Positions 24,901 through 36,072 of a DNA stretch of 64,000 nucleotides are shown piece after piece. Position numbers and translations under genes: made by a program. This DNA is from Octopus bimaculoides (taxonomy: Eukaryota). The notes beneath the pieces are model-generated. The model did no database searches. It saw only the letters and a list, made by a program, of their open reading frames with translations, and was not told where the DNA came from. The stretch lies in contig NC_068991.1 in assembly GCF_001194135.2 (NCBI RefSeq), forward strand, positions 6,491,750-6,555,749, given 5' to 3'. The first letter of the stretch is position 1. The number at the start of each line of letters is the position of its first letter.

Positions 24901-27900
24901 ACATTTACCTGATAGATTTAAACTGCGGAGTCCTTTATTGCAGCAGAGCATCTTGGCTATGTGTGTGATACCAGCAGGACCAACCTGGTTGTTGGACAAA
25001 TTCTGAAATATGAGCCAAGCAAATAATTATTCAATTTAGTAAGTTACAAAAAAGTGGGTGGTATACATGCTAGTTAACTCAGAGCTGGGACCCTAACAAG
25101 TGCTACAACTCTATGTCAGAGTGGACCTGGGAACAATAATGGTTAAAAGGTGGTTCCACACTCTACAAGGACCTGGAACTCCCGTACCAAGGCCTCACTA
25201 CCAAATGCAGTTTGATTTTTCACCAAAACGTACTGTCATCAAAATAGGTTGAGTGTCCAGTCAACATTGCCAAATCATCAGTGGCCAAACAGCCACGCCC
25301 GATTGTCTCATTCTGATATTTTTGTTGACCCCACAAAAGGATGAAAGGTAAAGTCCACCTTGGAAGGATGTGAACATTGAGACCTGTTTCATCCATGATC
25401 AAAACTGATCCAATGCAGAGAATTGAAACAGTTTTGATTATAAATCAGTTTGATAATGGCCGAGCTGAGTCTAATCAACAATTGTGTTCTCTGTATAGAT
25501 AAAACACAGCACACGCTTCCTTACTGTGTGCAGTTGTGTGATTGAGTCATCGCTGAAGACTCCATTGTCAAGTAAGGATTTGTAACGTAGATAAAGGATT
25601 AATTGTAATGTGAATGATAATGAGACTGTTTCCAGAGATAACAATGAGAATAACTCCTATATCCAAAGTCTTTTTTGAATATGTTATGAAGAATATGATG
25701 TTGATTACAATGGATTTAAACAAAGCATGTGAAAAGATAGCTCAGTATAAAAATAGCAGCACAGTTCAGTGTGTGACAAGAATGAAGGTACATACAAAAT
25801 AACCATGTTATTGAGATATAGAAATACATAAATGTTACTGTTTATAATGCTATAAATGATAGCATTGTGTCCCTACTACTATCCCTTATCACCTCCGCCT
25901 TTCCTCCACCTCCCCTTCATTTTCCCTCCACAAAACTGATATTCACTTCATCCACCTCGGTCCCCATCTCTAATCATGTCACACCCTTACCCACCCACCC
26001 ATCTTGTCTGTTCCTCCTCCTCCAACTAATTCAAAACAGTGTGAATAAATAAGCATTACATTTGTGGCAAAGGAATCTGAATGCTAAAGGGTTAATTTTC
26101 TTGGAATTATTGTTATCAAATGTCCCCAGGATCAGTGAATCACGATTTAAACATAATTTAAACTTAAAATCCTACACAGTGGCATCCAACTTAGCACCTC
26201 ATGGCTAAAAAACAAGGTTCTTATCTGCACACCAAAAATGTTTGGGAACCACTGCTGTAATGGAATAAATAATTAACTTAACAGATTTATTAAAATAATA
26301 TTAGACATTGACAAATATTTTCTTTTCCTCAGCGCAATAAGTATTCCTTATCAGCATTCTTAATGCTCCAAGCAGTTAATAAGACAATACTAACCGCACT
26401 ATTATTTTCTGGGTAAACAGCAAATCTGCATAATTTCTCTCTGTTAATTTATAATCTAAATTAAAAATGGTTGCTGATTACTTATGATGACGGCAGTTCT
26501 TAGTTGGCCGTGAGTGACCAAATCAGCATGAGCAACTGAAGCATAACCAGGGAAAACGTGTCTTATAGTTTTAGGACATCATTCAGAGTCAAAGGAACAA
26601 TTGTGACTGAGTGGTAACAAATTTGCTTCCGAACAACATGGTTCTGTGTTCAATACCACTGTGTGGCATTTTTGGCAAGTGTTTATGATAGCTTCGGAGC
26701 CAACCAAAACCTTGTGAGTTGATTCAGTCAATGGAAACTGAAAGAAGCTCATTGTGTTTATATATCTGTGTGAGTGAGTGTCTTTGAGTCTGTGTTTGTC
26801 TCCCAAGACTTTGGTTGGCTCAAGGATATAGAAGACACTTGCCCAAGGTGCCATGCAGTGGGACTGAACCTGGAACCATGTGGTTGGAAAACAAACTTCT
26901 TACCACACAGCAACACACCTGTGAATATTTCTCTTTAGAAAAACAATGATCGTCTGTCATGGTTTTCTTAACCCTTTCCTTGTCATGCTTCTGTTGAAAC
27001 ATATTGCCTGAGTTTCAATTAATTTTGAAAATAATTAAATTTGTCATTATCAAGCTGATGTATGAAATATTAATCAGCATGGAATTTTAATGGAAGATTT
27101 TTCATTCCGACCACTTTAAAACTGGAAGATTCTGGACACAGAATTAATAAATCCTGAAGAGATAAAGATTATGATTTACCAAATCTGTAATGAAATCATT
27201 CTCTTCCAACATCTTGCTGATAAACTGGGTTCCTTCTCCATCAATAAGATTCTCTGTCAGGTCCAGTTTCTCTAACGTTATGCTGTGCTGCAAATAACAA
27301 TTATAGTTCATTGGATGTTAGATGAGGTGAGTGTTAGGGTTAGGGTTAGGGATCACTTGTGACAACGGAGGTGGGATACAGAGTGAGGCGGGAGAGTAAA
27401 ATACCTGGAGTTGTGAAAGGTATGTTGAGAGATAAAAGGTTGAGTATGAAAGCGATAATAAATGTATAAAACGTATAAAAATTTTAATTATCTATTTTTT
27501 ACTTTTCTAGCTGATGTTCATTTGATTCACCTGTTCATTCGATTTGGCCATAAAATTAGTAAACTTGCTTCAAATCTGCTTAATTAAAATTTTTTTAAAT
27601 ATACTAAAAAAGTGTAAGAATGTTTTATTTAAGCCATAATAAATAAATGAAACATGCAGACCACACACTAAAGTAGAATTTGGCTCGGTAGAATTGCATA
27701 CCAAAGTAGCATTTATTAGTGTTTACCCGGAGAACTATACTGATAGGCTTGACAGCATCTGGTCCCAGACCATAATGCGGTAAGGCAATCTGGTCTTGTC
27801 TGATGTGACGGATGAAGCTGGACACTGGATGAATACCCATTTCTTGGCATAACTCAAGGTACATGCTTTTGCCTGTGACATCATGGGATAATGGCGCATC

Positions 27901-28564
27901 TGCGGAAAGACAAAAATAATACACAATAGTCTAATTGTTTATGCAGCTGTTTAAATGCAGAGCAAACTTAGAGAAGTATCTTCAGATGTTTAACAAAGAC
28001 TGGTAGATGAGTTGTGGAGTGAATGGATGGATGGAAAGACAGGTAGATCAACAGCACTTTCACACTGTGCAGCACCTTGGGCTAGTATCTTCTGCTATAG
28101 CCCTGAGACAACCAAAGCTCTTTTTGAGTGGATTTGGTAGATCGAAACTGAAAGAAGCCCATCATATATAAATGTGTATGTATGTATGTATGTCTCGTTT
28201 TTGTATTTGGTTTGCACGATTCTTTATGTGAATTCGTGTGTTGAAGCATATTTTATTGCGTCTGGGGAGAGTCACTCTCTTGTAGTGCCTTATTACTTAA
28301 CACACTCACTGGTTCAATTTCCACTCATTTACTTCTTTATTTTTTCTCTCTAACTGTGTTTGTCCCCCCAACATCGCTTGACAACCGATGCTGGTGTGTT
28401 TACGTCCCCGTAACTTAGCGGTTCGGCAAGAGACCAATAGAATAAGTACTAGGCATCCAAAGAATAAGTCCTGGGGTCGATATGCTAGACTAAAGGCGGT
28501 GCTCCAGCATGGCGACAGTCAAATGACTGAAACGAGTAAAAGAGTAAAGAGTATATATGTATGT

Positions 28565-28619
<55 letters not shown>

Positions 28620-28982
28620 TGTGTATTTACCTTCTTGGTCAATATCCCAGTGTTCTTCAATATCGTAATCAGCTTCAAAAGTATTTTCTGAATCATTATC
28701 TTCTTCAGGTTCCAAATATGTTGTGTTGTCATCAGACTCATTGGTTGGTTCTACCACAACAATAGAACTGTGTGGAATTTGCTCTTCTTCCAGACTATTC
28801 TTGTTTTTCTCTTCTTCGTAGTCATCTATTTCAGTCAAGAGAAATGGTGGAGGTTCTGTTGAAGCGATGTTCAAAGAAGATTGAGGGATGTGCAAAGAAT
28901 CAATTAACGGGCTTGCTAAATTCAATGTTTGAGGTGAAGACTGACCATCGTCGTGTTCTTCAACCACTGTTTCCAGTGCCAT
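15930..28982 (-). CDS. LRRC74A: Leucine-rich repeat protein, LRRC74A-like (acidic N-terminus, RNI-like 28-residue LRRs, degenerate C-terminal EF-hand pair); 12 coding exons, 1635 nt, 544 aa
   Basis: Exons 28982-28631, 27899-27727, 27287-27180, 25002-24909, 23525-23476, 22920-22839, 22087-22002, 21358-21164, 19123-19028, 17873-17592, 16656-16571, 15960-15930 splice in frame with GT-AG ends; motifs ELCQEMGIHPVSSFIR..LPHYGLGP, LDLSWNYIRLRGAIAIGKGLR, LAFNGFGIEGG resemble LRRC74 family; A vs B paralogue assignment not resolvable. Confidence 0.85.
16330..16560 (-). mobile_element. RTE-clade LINE internal fragment
   Basis: DDGSLALNEAAKREVLRRHYERLLNKENEWEKESLPNVDPTEG resembles the EN-RT linker. Confidence 0.7.
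16571..16656 (-). CDS. LRRC74A: LRRC74A-like exon (ECALEIDTKDLMQTLKAIAKEGSGKIYFG)
   Basis: tggcag|...GG|gtaagt, 86 nt, phase fits both neighbours. Confidence 0.8.
17592..17873 (-). CDS. LRRC74A: LRRC74A-like exon (DVSVEYEFLR...DTEGNFTITPEDFIAAVK; EF-hand-like)
   Basis: ttgcag|...|gtagga, 282 nt open frame. Confidence 0.82.
18054..18289. mobile_element. hAT-type MITE
   Basis: Termini (C/T)AGTGTTTCTCAAC / GTTGAGAATCACTG, degenerate 8-bp flanks atttagaa/ttttagag; related ends at 4500, 26250, 36422. Confidence 0.65.
18543..18759. mobile_element. Tc1/mariner-type MITE
   Basis: TA flanks, about 29-bp TIR CAAGGGGGTGCTGAAAAGTTCCT(A/G)GCTTT; truncated relative at 11483-11687. Confidence 0.85.
19028..19123 (-). 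CDS. LRRC74A: LRRC74A-like exon (LGKNPISTTGAISLV...LDLT)
   Basis: tttcag|...|gtaaga, 96 nt. Confidence 0.9.
21164..21358 (-). CDS. LRRC74A: LRRC74A-like exon (DNIRLKRCNLAFNGFG...LQILQ)
   Basis: ttaaag|...|gtaagt, 195 nt, two LRRs. Confidence 0.92.
21620..21870 (-). mobile_element. CR1-clade LINE 3' end fragment
   Basis: GPDLFTTIPNYMKMEMDPIKFKSSLDKFLQKILDQP...NSLQEW matches recalled CR1 ORF2 C-terminal pattern. Confidence 0.7.
22002..22087 (-). CDS. LRRC74A: LRRC74A-like exon (GSNEYLQQFDLSWNYIRLRG...)
   Basis: tcacag|...|gtttgt, 86 nt. Confidence 0.9.
22545..22697. repeat. Minisatellite, 4 units of 40-42 bp
   Basis: TAATGTGCAAGTGG(C/T)TGAG at 22545, 22587, 22627, 22667. Confidence 0.92.
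22839..22920 (-). CDS. LRRC74A: LRRC74A-like exon (KNKYLESIDLSKNRLGENGG...)
   Basis: ctgcag|...|gtaagt, 82 nt. Confidence 0.9.
23476..23525 (-). CDS. LRRC74A: LRRC74A-like exon (GNRLEDSVLEQLMNALE)
   Basis: tgctag|...|gtaagt, 50 nt. Confidence 0.88.
23580..24460 (-). mobile_element. Decayed mariner (DD34D-type) transposase
   Basis: YEYKLGHSAAEALQN...TVHRWF...LENKPRGRPK (HTH) and GVIHYSFL..GKTVTATLYC..PILLHNN..HP..YSPNISPID (catalytic) with frameshifts. Confidence 0.88.
24909..25002 (-). CDS. LRRC74A: LRRC74A-like exon (NLSNNQVGPAG...LNLS)
   Basis: tttcag|...|gtaaat, 94 nt. Confidence 0.9.
27180..27287 (-). CDS. LRRC74A: LRRC74A-like exon (HSITLEKLDLTENLIDGEG...FITDL)
   Basis: ttgcag|...|gtaaat, 108 nt. 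Confidence 0.9.
27727..27899 (-). CDS. LRRC74A: LRRC74A-like exon (DAPLSHDVTGKSMYLELCQ...ISIVLR)
   Basis: ccgcag|...|gtaaac, 173 nt. Confidence 0.9.
28565..28617. repeat. (AG)n microsatellite
   Basis: Direct read; another at 49620-49684. Confidence 0.95.
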
Positions 28983-28994
28983 GGTGAAATTTGC
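28631..28994 (-). CDS. LRRC74A: LRRC74A-like first coding exon (ATG 28982; acceptor at 28995-6 implies an upstream 5' exon)
   Basis: MALETVVEEH...HWDIDQE G|gtaaat; 352 coding nt. Confidence 0.85.
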
Positions 28995-29406
28995 CTAAAG
29001 AGTAAAAAAAAACTTTTGAGAAGTTTAGAATGTTCTTAAATGGACATCATCATCATCATTTAATGTCCATTTTCCATGCTAGCATGGGTTGGATGATTTG
29101 ACTGGGGACTGGCGAACCAGATGGCTGCACCCACCAGACTCCAATCTACCAATATCTCCTCCAAAGACCTTCCCTGTGAAATACAGTGTAAATAATGGAA
29201 TTAAAAGAATTATTTGTTTGAGTGGAAAGAAAAGAATTGTCTATAAGTGCAGGCATGGCTGTGTGGTAAGAAGCTTGCTTCCCAACCACATGGTTCTGGG
29301 TTCAGTCCTACTGCATGGCACCTTGGGGAAGTGTCTTCTACTATAGTGTGTGTGTCTGTGTTTGTACCCCCAACATCACTTGACAACCGATGGTGATGTG
29401 TTTACA

Positions 29407-30173
29407 NNNNNNNNNNNNNNNNNNNNNNNNNNNNNNNNNNNNNNNNNNNNNNNNNNNNNNNNNNNNNNNNNNNNNNNNNNNNNNNNNNNNNNNNNNNNNN
29501 NNNNNNNNNNNNNNNNNNNNNNNNNNNNNNNNNNNNNNNNNNNNNNNNNNNNNNNNNNNNNNNNNNNNNNNNNNNNNNNNNNNNNNNNNNNNNNNNNNNN
29601 NNNNNNNNNNNNNNNNNNNNNNNNNNNNNNNNNNNNNNNNNNNNNNNNNNNNNNNNNNNNNNNNNNNNNNNNNNNNNNNNNNNNNNNNNNNNNNNNNNNN
29701 NNNNNNNNNNNNNNNNNNNNNNNNNNNNNNNNNNNNNNNNNNNNNNNNNNNNNNNNNNNNNNNNNNNNNNNNNNNNNNNNNNNNNNNNNNNNNNNNNNNN
29801 NNNNNNNNNNNNNNNNNNNNNNNNNNNNNNNNNNNNNNNNNNNNNNNNNNNNNNNNNNNNNNNNNNNNNNNNNNNNNNNNNNNNNNNNNNNNNNNNNNNN
29901 NNNNNNNNNNNNNNNNNNNNNNNNNNNNNNNNNNNNNNNNNNNNNNNNNNNNNNNNNNNNNNNNNNNNNNNNNNNNNNNNNNNNNNNNNNNNNNNNNNNN
30001 NNNNNNNNNNNNNNNNNNNNNNNNNNNNNNNNNNNNNNNNNNNNNNNNNNNNNNNNNNNNNNNNNNNNNNNNNNNNNNNNNNNNNNNNNNNNNNNNNNNN
30101 NNNNNNNNNNNNNNNNNNNNNNNNNNNNNNNNNNNNNNNNNNNNNNNNNNNNNNNNNNNNNNNNNNNNNNNNN
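29407..30173. other. Assembly gap (others: 15621-15679, 32045-32821, 35461-35675, 40805-41043, 47619-48051, 52058-52663, 56061-56470, 61095-61839)
   Basis: Runs of N. Confidence 1.
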
Positions 30174-31341
30174 ATATATATATATATATATATAGGTGCA
30201 GGAGTGGCTGTGTAGTAAGTAGCTTGCTTACCGACCACATGGTTCCAGGTTCAGTCCCACCTTGGGTAAGTGTCTTCTACTATAGTGTGTGTGTCTGTGT
30301 TTGTACCCCCAACATCACTTGACAACCGATGGTGATGTGTTTACATCCCTGTAACATAGCGGTTCAGTAAAAGAATTCGATAGAATAAGTACTAAGCTTA
30401 CAAAGAATAAGTCCTGGGGTCGATTTGCTCGACTAAAAGGCGGTGCTCCAGCATGGCCGCAATTAAGTGACTAAAAAAGAATAATGTGTGTATGTATACA
30501 CACACATATATATATATGTATATTATATAATGTGAGTTTAAATTCCACCGAGGTCGACTTTGCCTTTCATCCTTTTGGTGTCGAAAGGTTTATTACTGGG
30601 TTCGATGTAATCGACTAGCCCACGCCCCCAAAATTACTAGCCCTGTGCCAAAATTTGAAACCAATACACACACACACTAGCGTGCACTAGTTCTCTGTAG
30701 CATAATGTAATGAAGTGTTCCCTGATGATCCGTTGTGGTTAAGCATCTCAAACAGTGGTGAAACGTACGTGGGAACAAATAATATGAACCTGTATTTATC
30801 GTAATTTCCCCCCCCCCCACTCTGTCTGTCTGTCTCTCTCTTACACACACTCCCGTGTGAAATCTTTGGTCATCGTCGACGACGACACTTATGCAATGGG
30901 TTTCCTCATTTTTCCAGTCTGTCAAATTTACTCAGTATAACCTGGAGCTATGATAAAAAAAAAACACCTTCCCAAGGTGCTGCGCCGTGAGTCCGAACAC
31001 GAAACTACATGGTTGTAAAGCGAGCTTCTTAACCACAAATATTTTGAGTAAATAATATATTAACAGACGAAACAAAAACAATGGTTGGAAGAACTCTACT
31101 CTTGTCGCTACAATTACATCACAGCATCACAGGGCTCAATGTAAACACTTAGGCACGCGTGCGTAGTTTAAACATCATATGATTTTACTACTGGGCCGTG
31201 TTGCCATCGTTGTAACTATAGTCGTTTCTGAATCGTACAAACATTGGATCTCTGTACGAGAGAAGTTTTATTTCATTTATAGTACATGACTAATAAAGTA
31301 TCGTAAAGTTAACACATGGCATGATTTGTAAATAAACATTG

Positions 31342-31355
31342 TTTTGGCGCCAAAA
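31342..31355. promoter_or_regulatory. Palindromic E2F-like site TTTTGGCGCCAAAA
   Basis: Perfect 14-bp palindrome containing TTTGGCGC on both strands, in a CpG-retaining unique segment upstream of the LRRC74-like gene. Confidence 0.35.
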
Positions 31356-33000
31356 ATAGCCAGCAGACGAGAAGATGGGCTGAATATCAGCTGACATACA
31401 ACTGTCAGGGGATTTTTGTTTTTAGGTTGTCACTTTCTATTGATAGACATTGTATCGATCAAAGGTCGCTTAGATAAACAGAAAGTACCACAACCACCAT
31501 CAACAACAACACCAGCGCAATCACTACCAACATCAACATGACCACCACCACCAACATCGACAACACCAGAAAGAGCCTCTACGTGATCGTTAGAATGACT
31601 AGAAAGAGCAGCCAAATCTCTCTTCTGAAAATGACACTACTGTCTTGGGAAAATTTTTTATTTTTCTACTCTAGGCACAAGGCCTGAAATTTTTTGGGGA
31701 GGGGTCCAGTCGATTAGATCGACCCCAGTACGCAACTGGTACTTAATTTATCAATCCCAAAAGGATGAAAGCCCAGGACTAGTCGATTACGTCGACCTCC
31801 GTATTTTCACTGGTACTTAATTTATCGACCCCGGTGGCATCTGAACTCAGAACGTAGCGACGGGAAAAATACCGCTAAGCATTTCGTCTACTGTGCTAAC
31901 GATTCTGCCAGCTCACCGCCTTAATAATAATAATTTCTTTGTTAACCACAAAGGGTTTATATATAAAAAAAACACGTGGGGTTACATGAAAGTCGTGTAA
32001 ACAATGAAAATAAAACAAAACAATCGAATATTACAACAAAATTCNNNNNNNNNNNNNNNNNNNNNNNNNNNNNNNNNNNNNNNNNNNNNNNNNNNNNNNN
32101 NNNNNNNNNNNNNNNNNNNNNNNNNNNNNNNNNNNNNNNNNNNNNNNNNNNNNNNNNNNNNNNNNNNNNNNNNNNNNNNNNNNNNNNNNNNNNNNNNNNN
32201 NNNNNNNNNNNNNNNNNNNNNNNNNNNNNNNNNNNNNNNNNNNNNNNNNNNNNNNNNNNNNNNNNNNNNNNNNNNNNNNNNNNNNNNNNNNNNNNNNNNN
32301 NNNNNNNNNNNNNNNNNNNNNNNNNNNNNNNNNNNNNNNNNNNNNNNNNNNNNNNNNNNNNNNNNNNNNNNNNNNNNNNNNNNNNNNNNNNNNNNNNNNN
32401 NNNNNNNNNNNNNNNNNNNNNNNNNNNNNNNNNNNNNNNNNNNNNNNNNNNNNNNNNNNNNNNNNNNNNNNNNNNNNNNNNNNNNNNNNNNNNNNNNNNN
32501 NNNNNNNNNNNNNNNNNNNNNNNNNNNNNNNNNNNNNNNNNNNNNNNNNNNNNNNNNNNNNNNNNNNNNNNNNNNNNNNNNNNNNNNNNNNNNNNNNNNN
32601 NNNNNNNNNNNNNNNNNNNNNNNNNNNNNNNNNNNNNNNNNNNNNNNNNNNNNNNNNNNNNNNNNNNNNNNNNNNNNNNNNNNNNNNNNNNNNNNNNNNN
32701 NNNNNNNNNNNNNNNNNNNNNNNNNNNNNNNNNNNNNNNNNNNNNNNNNNNNNNNNNNNNNNNNNNNNNNNNNNNNNNNNNNNNNNNNNNNNNNNNNNNN
32801 NNNNNNNNNNNNNNNNNNNNNTTTTTGGGGAGGGGTCCAGTCGATTAGATCGACCCCAGTACGCAACTGGTACTTAATTTATCGACCCCGGTGGCATCTG
32901 AACTCAGAACGTAGCGACGGGAAAAATACCGCTAAGCATTTCGTCTACTGTGCTAACGATTCTGCCAGCTTGCTTCCTTAATAACATTGTAGTAACGCTG

Positions 33001-33053
33001 TGCGCATGCGTAGTCTCACGCATGCGTGGAATTCAACAACCAAGTTTTCCCGC
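33001..33053. promoter_or_regulatory. Candidate promoter motif cluster (NRF1-like TGCGCATGCGT, ACGCATGCGT, E2F-like TTTTCCCGC)
   Basis: Three motifs within 55 bp of CpG-rich unique sequence; minus-strand donor-like GTAAGT near 33130. Confidence 0.4.
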
Positions 33054-33565
33054 TTCATTCTCTCTCTTTCTTGCTGGCCAGCGATTGAGCGTGGACGTGT
33101 TTAGCTATCTCTCTCCATCTTTCGAACTTACGCTAGACAGCTCGCTCACATCTACATACCAACGTCCCAACAACTATACTCACACACACAGAAGCTGTAA
33201 CAACAAACAAGAGTAAAGATGTATATATTAACCACCTTAAATAAATAGTTGTTTAAGTTGATAGTCTGGAGTTCAGCGTTCCGTTATATTCTTAATTTTA
33301 TATAGGAAAGTCAGGTATACATTTAATGATGTATAACCCACTTTCCTATAACATCAAGAACAACAATAATAGTGATGATGATGATGACAACGAATATAGG
33401 GTTACATTATCATCATCATCCTCCTAATGAGGTAAATTTGTAAACTTTACCATTGAATATAAACATAAAAATTACAAATAAAAATATAAACATTTGTTAT
33501 GAGTACTCTTGTACTGTAGAAAAATGAATCTTTGTATTGCCCTGGCCAATTTTTGGCACACGACG

Positions 33566-33678
33566 TCAGTCCATTCCACAATTAGCTCTCCATTTAACGG
33601 CAATTTGATACAAGTCAACGTGGTGGCTCGACCAGCTAGAAATAACAATCGAGTTGATTTCAAACAAAGCCCTATCAT
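33566..33678 (-). CDS. Possible terminal exon of an unidentified minus-strand gene (DRALFEINSIVISSWSSHHVDLYQIAVKWRANCGMD*)
   Basis: ttcattttttaag acceptor, open frame to TGA, followed by AATACA and U-rich tract. Confidence 0.25.
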
Positions 33679-35859
33679 CTTAAAAAATGAAGGCGAATAT
33701 TAGTGTACGACTGGATATACAAAAGAAAAAAAAATCTCTCTAAAAGACGGGATCATTCTTTTCTACTCTTGGCACAAGGCCTGAAATTTTGGAGTGAGGG
33801 GGCCAGTCGATTAGATCAATGCCAGTACGCAACTGGTACTTAATTTATCGACCCCGAAAAGATGAAAGGCAAAGTTGACCTCGACAGAATTTGAACTCAG
33901 AACGTAAAGACAGACGAAATACTGCTAAGCATTTCTCCCGGCGTGCAAACGTTTCTGTCAGTTCGCCGCCTTTAAAAGACAGGATTATTTTAATCATAGG
34001 TCTGCTTAATCTGAGATGACCTCAAGGTTAAACAACTGCAACCGACTTTATATAAGGCACACAATCACATGGTTCCGGGTTTGATACGAATGCGTGTTGG
34101 GTAGACGAAAGCAGTGCTTACCGTCAGGGCTGGATTAAGACCCATGGAGACCCTAAGCACTTAAAAAATTTCAGTACCCCCATCTGTATATGTAATTCAA
34201 AATATAAACAATAATAAAGTATAAAATAAATGCTTATTTTTCAAAATGGAACAAAACCAAAAATAAGATGGAAAATAATGTTTATTTTTGTATACTTCTT
34301 CAACTTTATTTATATTTGAAAAGCTTTCTCCTACTTTTTTTTTTTTTTTTTTTACTTGCAAAGACATTGATCAGATCCTCACCATGACACCACGAACTCT
34401 TCAAAATTAAATTTCCGATCATATAAACCACTTCGAATATTATTTAAGCAAGTTTTAAATGATTTTTTTGGGCCGTAAACCCTTTACCATTTCTGTGGTT
34501 CCTCTCTTCCCTTGAAGCTCTAAGTGTGTGTTTATTTTGCTTTATGGATAATCCAATGCTGTTTACCATATATAATGGCGTTTAAGACGCATTTTTTACT
34601 CCCAAAAGTGTCTCAAAAAATTACCCTGGGTCCTATATGTTAAGTTGAGCCTCCCATCAGCTAGTTTTGTCCCTGTTGTTCGCTATTATCGGCTAAATTT
34701 AATTCAGTCTCTTCTACTTAGCTTCACTGCATTATATTTGCTAACACATTATTATTGTTGTTGTTGTTACGGAGATGTATTTGTATTGCAAGTGTTTTGA
34801 TTTGAGATAGTGAGCTGAAACTAAAGTGACTGCATGGAAAACACAAAGATGCAGCAAAATTTTTTGTCAGCGAGCAGGACGCAGTTTCGAGCGACGAAAA
34901 ATTCGACACCATATTACAAATAAATATTTTAGTGAAGTTGACAGCCTTCGTGCGTTTTTTAATGGCTAACATGTCTTCCTCAATGCAATCGCCCAATATT
35001 ATTATTATTATTTTCATTATCATCTTTCAATTCCTCACATTATCTCAAAACTAGGAGAATTCACTAACGTGATTTGTTGATTTTTAAAAAAGATTTCATA
35101 GAGGAATACAACAGGTTTTGGCCGGCTTAAGCATTAAAGGGTTAAGAAGTGCCAAAACTATAAAATCAACTTTTTTTGGCCTTTAGAACCCAGAAACATT
35201 AGTTTTTTTTTTTTTGCTTAGACTTAAAAAATGCTGATTCTATCGTTTTAAATTTCAAAAGACCTAAAAAAGGCGTTCAAATGTGTCCTACTTTAGTAGT
35301 AGGCTTAATCCATCGCCTGGTCCTCGCGTTCCTTAAACGGTGACATTCTATGGCAAGCATTGAAGCCAGGTTTCCGGTTTGTGGATACCTTTCTCCCTTG
35401 CTTTCTATTAACTTTAGAACCCCTGTAAAGGGTCAGAGGTACTGTCATTTCCTCTTGACTNNNNNNNNNNNNNNNNNNNNNNNNNNNNNNNNNNNNNNNN
35501 NNNNNNNNNNNNNNNNNNNNNNNNNNNNNNNNNNNNNNNNNNNNNNNNNNNNNNNNNNNNNNNNNNNNNNNNNNNNNNNNNNNNNNNNNNNNNNNNNNNN
35601 NNNNNNNNNNNNNNNNNNNNNNNNNNNNNNNNNNNNNNNNNNNNNNNNNNNNNNNNNNNNNNNNNNNNNNNNNNNGAGGATCATATTGCGAGAGCCTTGC
35701 TGAAGAGATCGTGGTTGCAATTGAAACCGAAAAATACCAAAGCAGGGACTAAAAAAACAATGAACAATGATGCTGAATAATAGAAAATGAGCTGCAAAGT
35801 ATCTTGTTCATCGCCCAACACGTTTGGAAACTCACCTCCATATTATAACAACAACAACA

Positions 35860-36072
35860 ATTTCTACTAAAGGCACAAGGCCTGAAATTTTTTGGGGAGG
35901 GGATAAGTCGATTACATCGACCCCAGTGTGCCACTGATACTTAATTTATCGACCCCGAAAGGATGAAAGGCAAAATCGACCTCGGCGGAATTTGAACTCA
36001 GAACGTAAAGACAGATGAAAAGCCGCTAAGCATTTTGCCCTTCGTGCTAACGATTCTGCTAGCTCGCCGCCT
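35860..36072 (-). mobile_element. tRNA-derived SINE family B (central CCTTTCATCCTTTCGGGGTCGATAAATTAAGTACCAG domain, Nin/Deu-like)
   Basis: More than 15 copies, e.g. 10915, 16980, 17200, 30540, 31660, 32822, 33760, 36910, 40445, 46610, 47260, 51390, 60040, 62477, 63700. Confidence 0.85.

Noticed and set aside
29341-30322. Long ORFs in the ORF track at 29.3-30.3, 32.0-33.0, 35.4, 40.8, 47.6, 51.8-52.7, 55.8-56.5 and 61.0-61.9 kb
   Set aside because: They are open only because they run through N gaps
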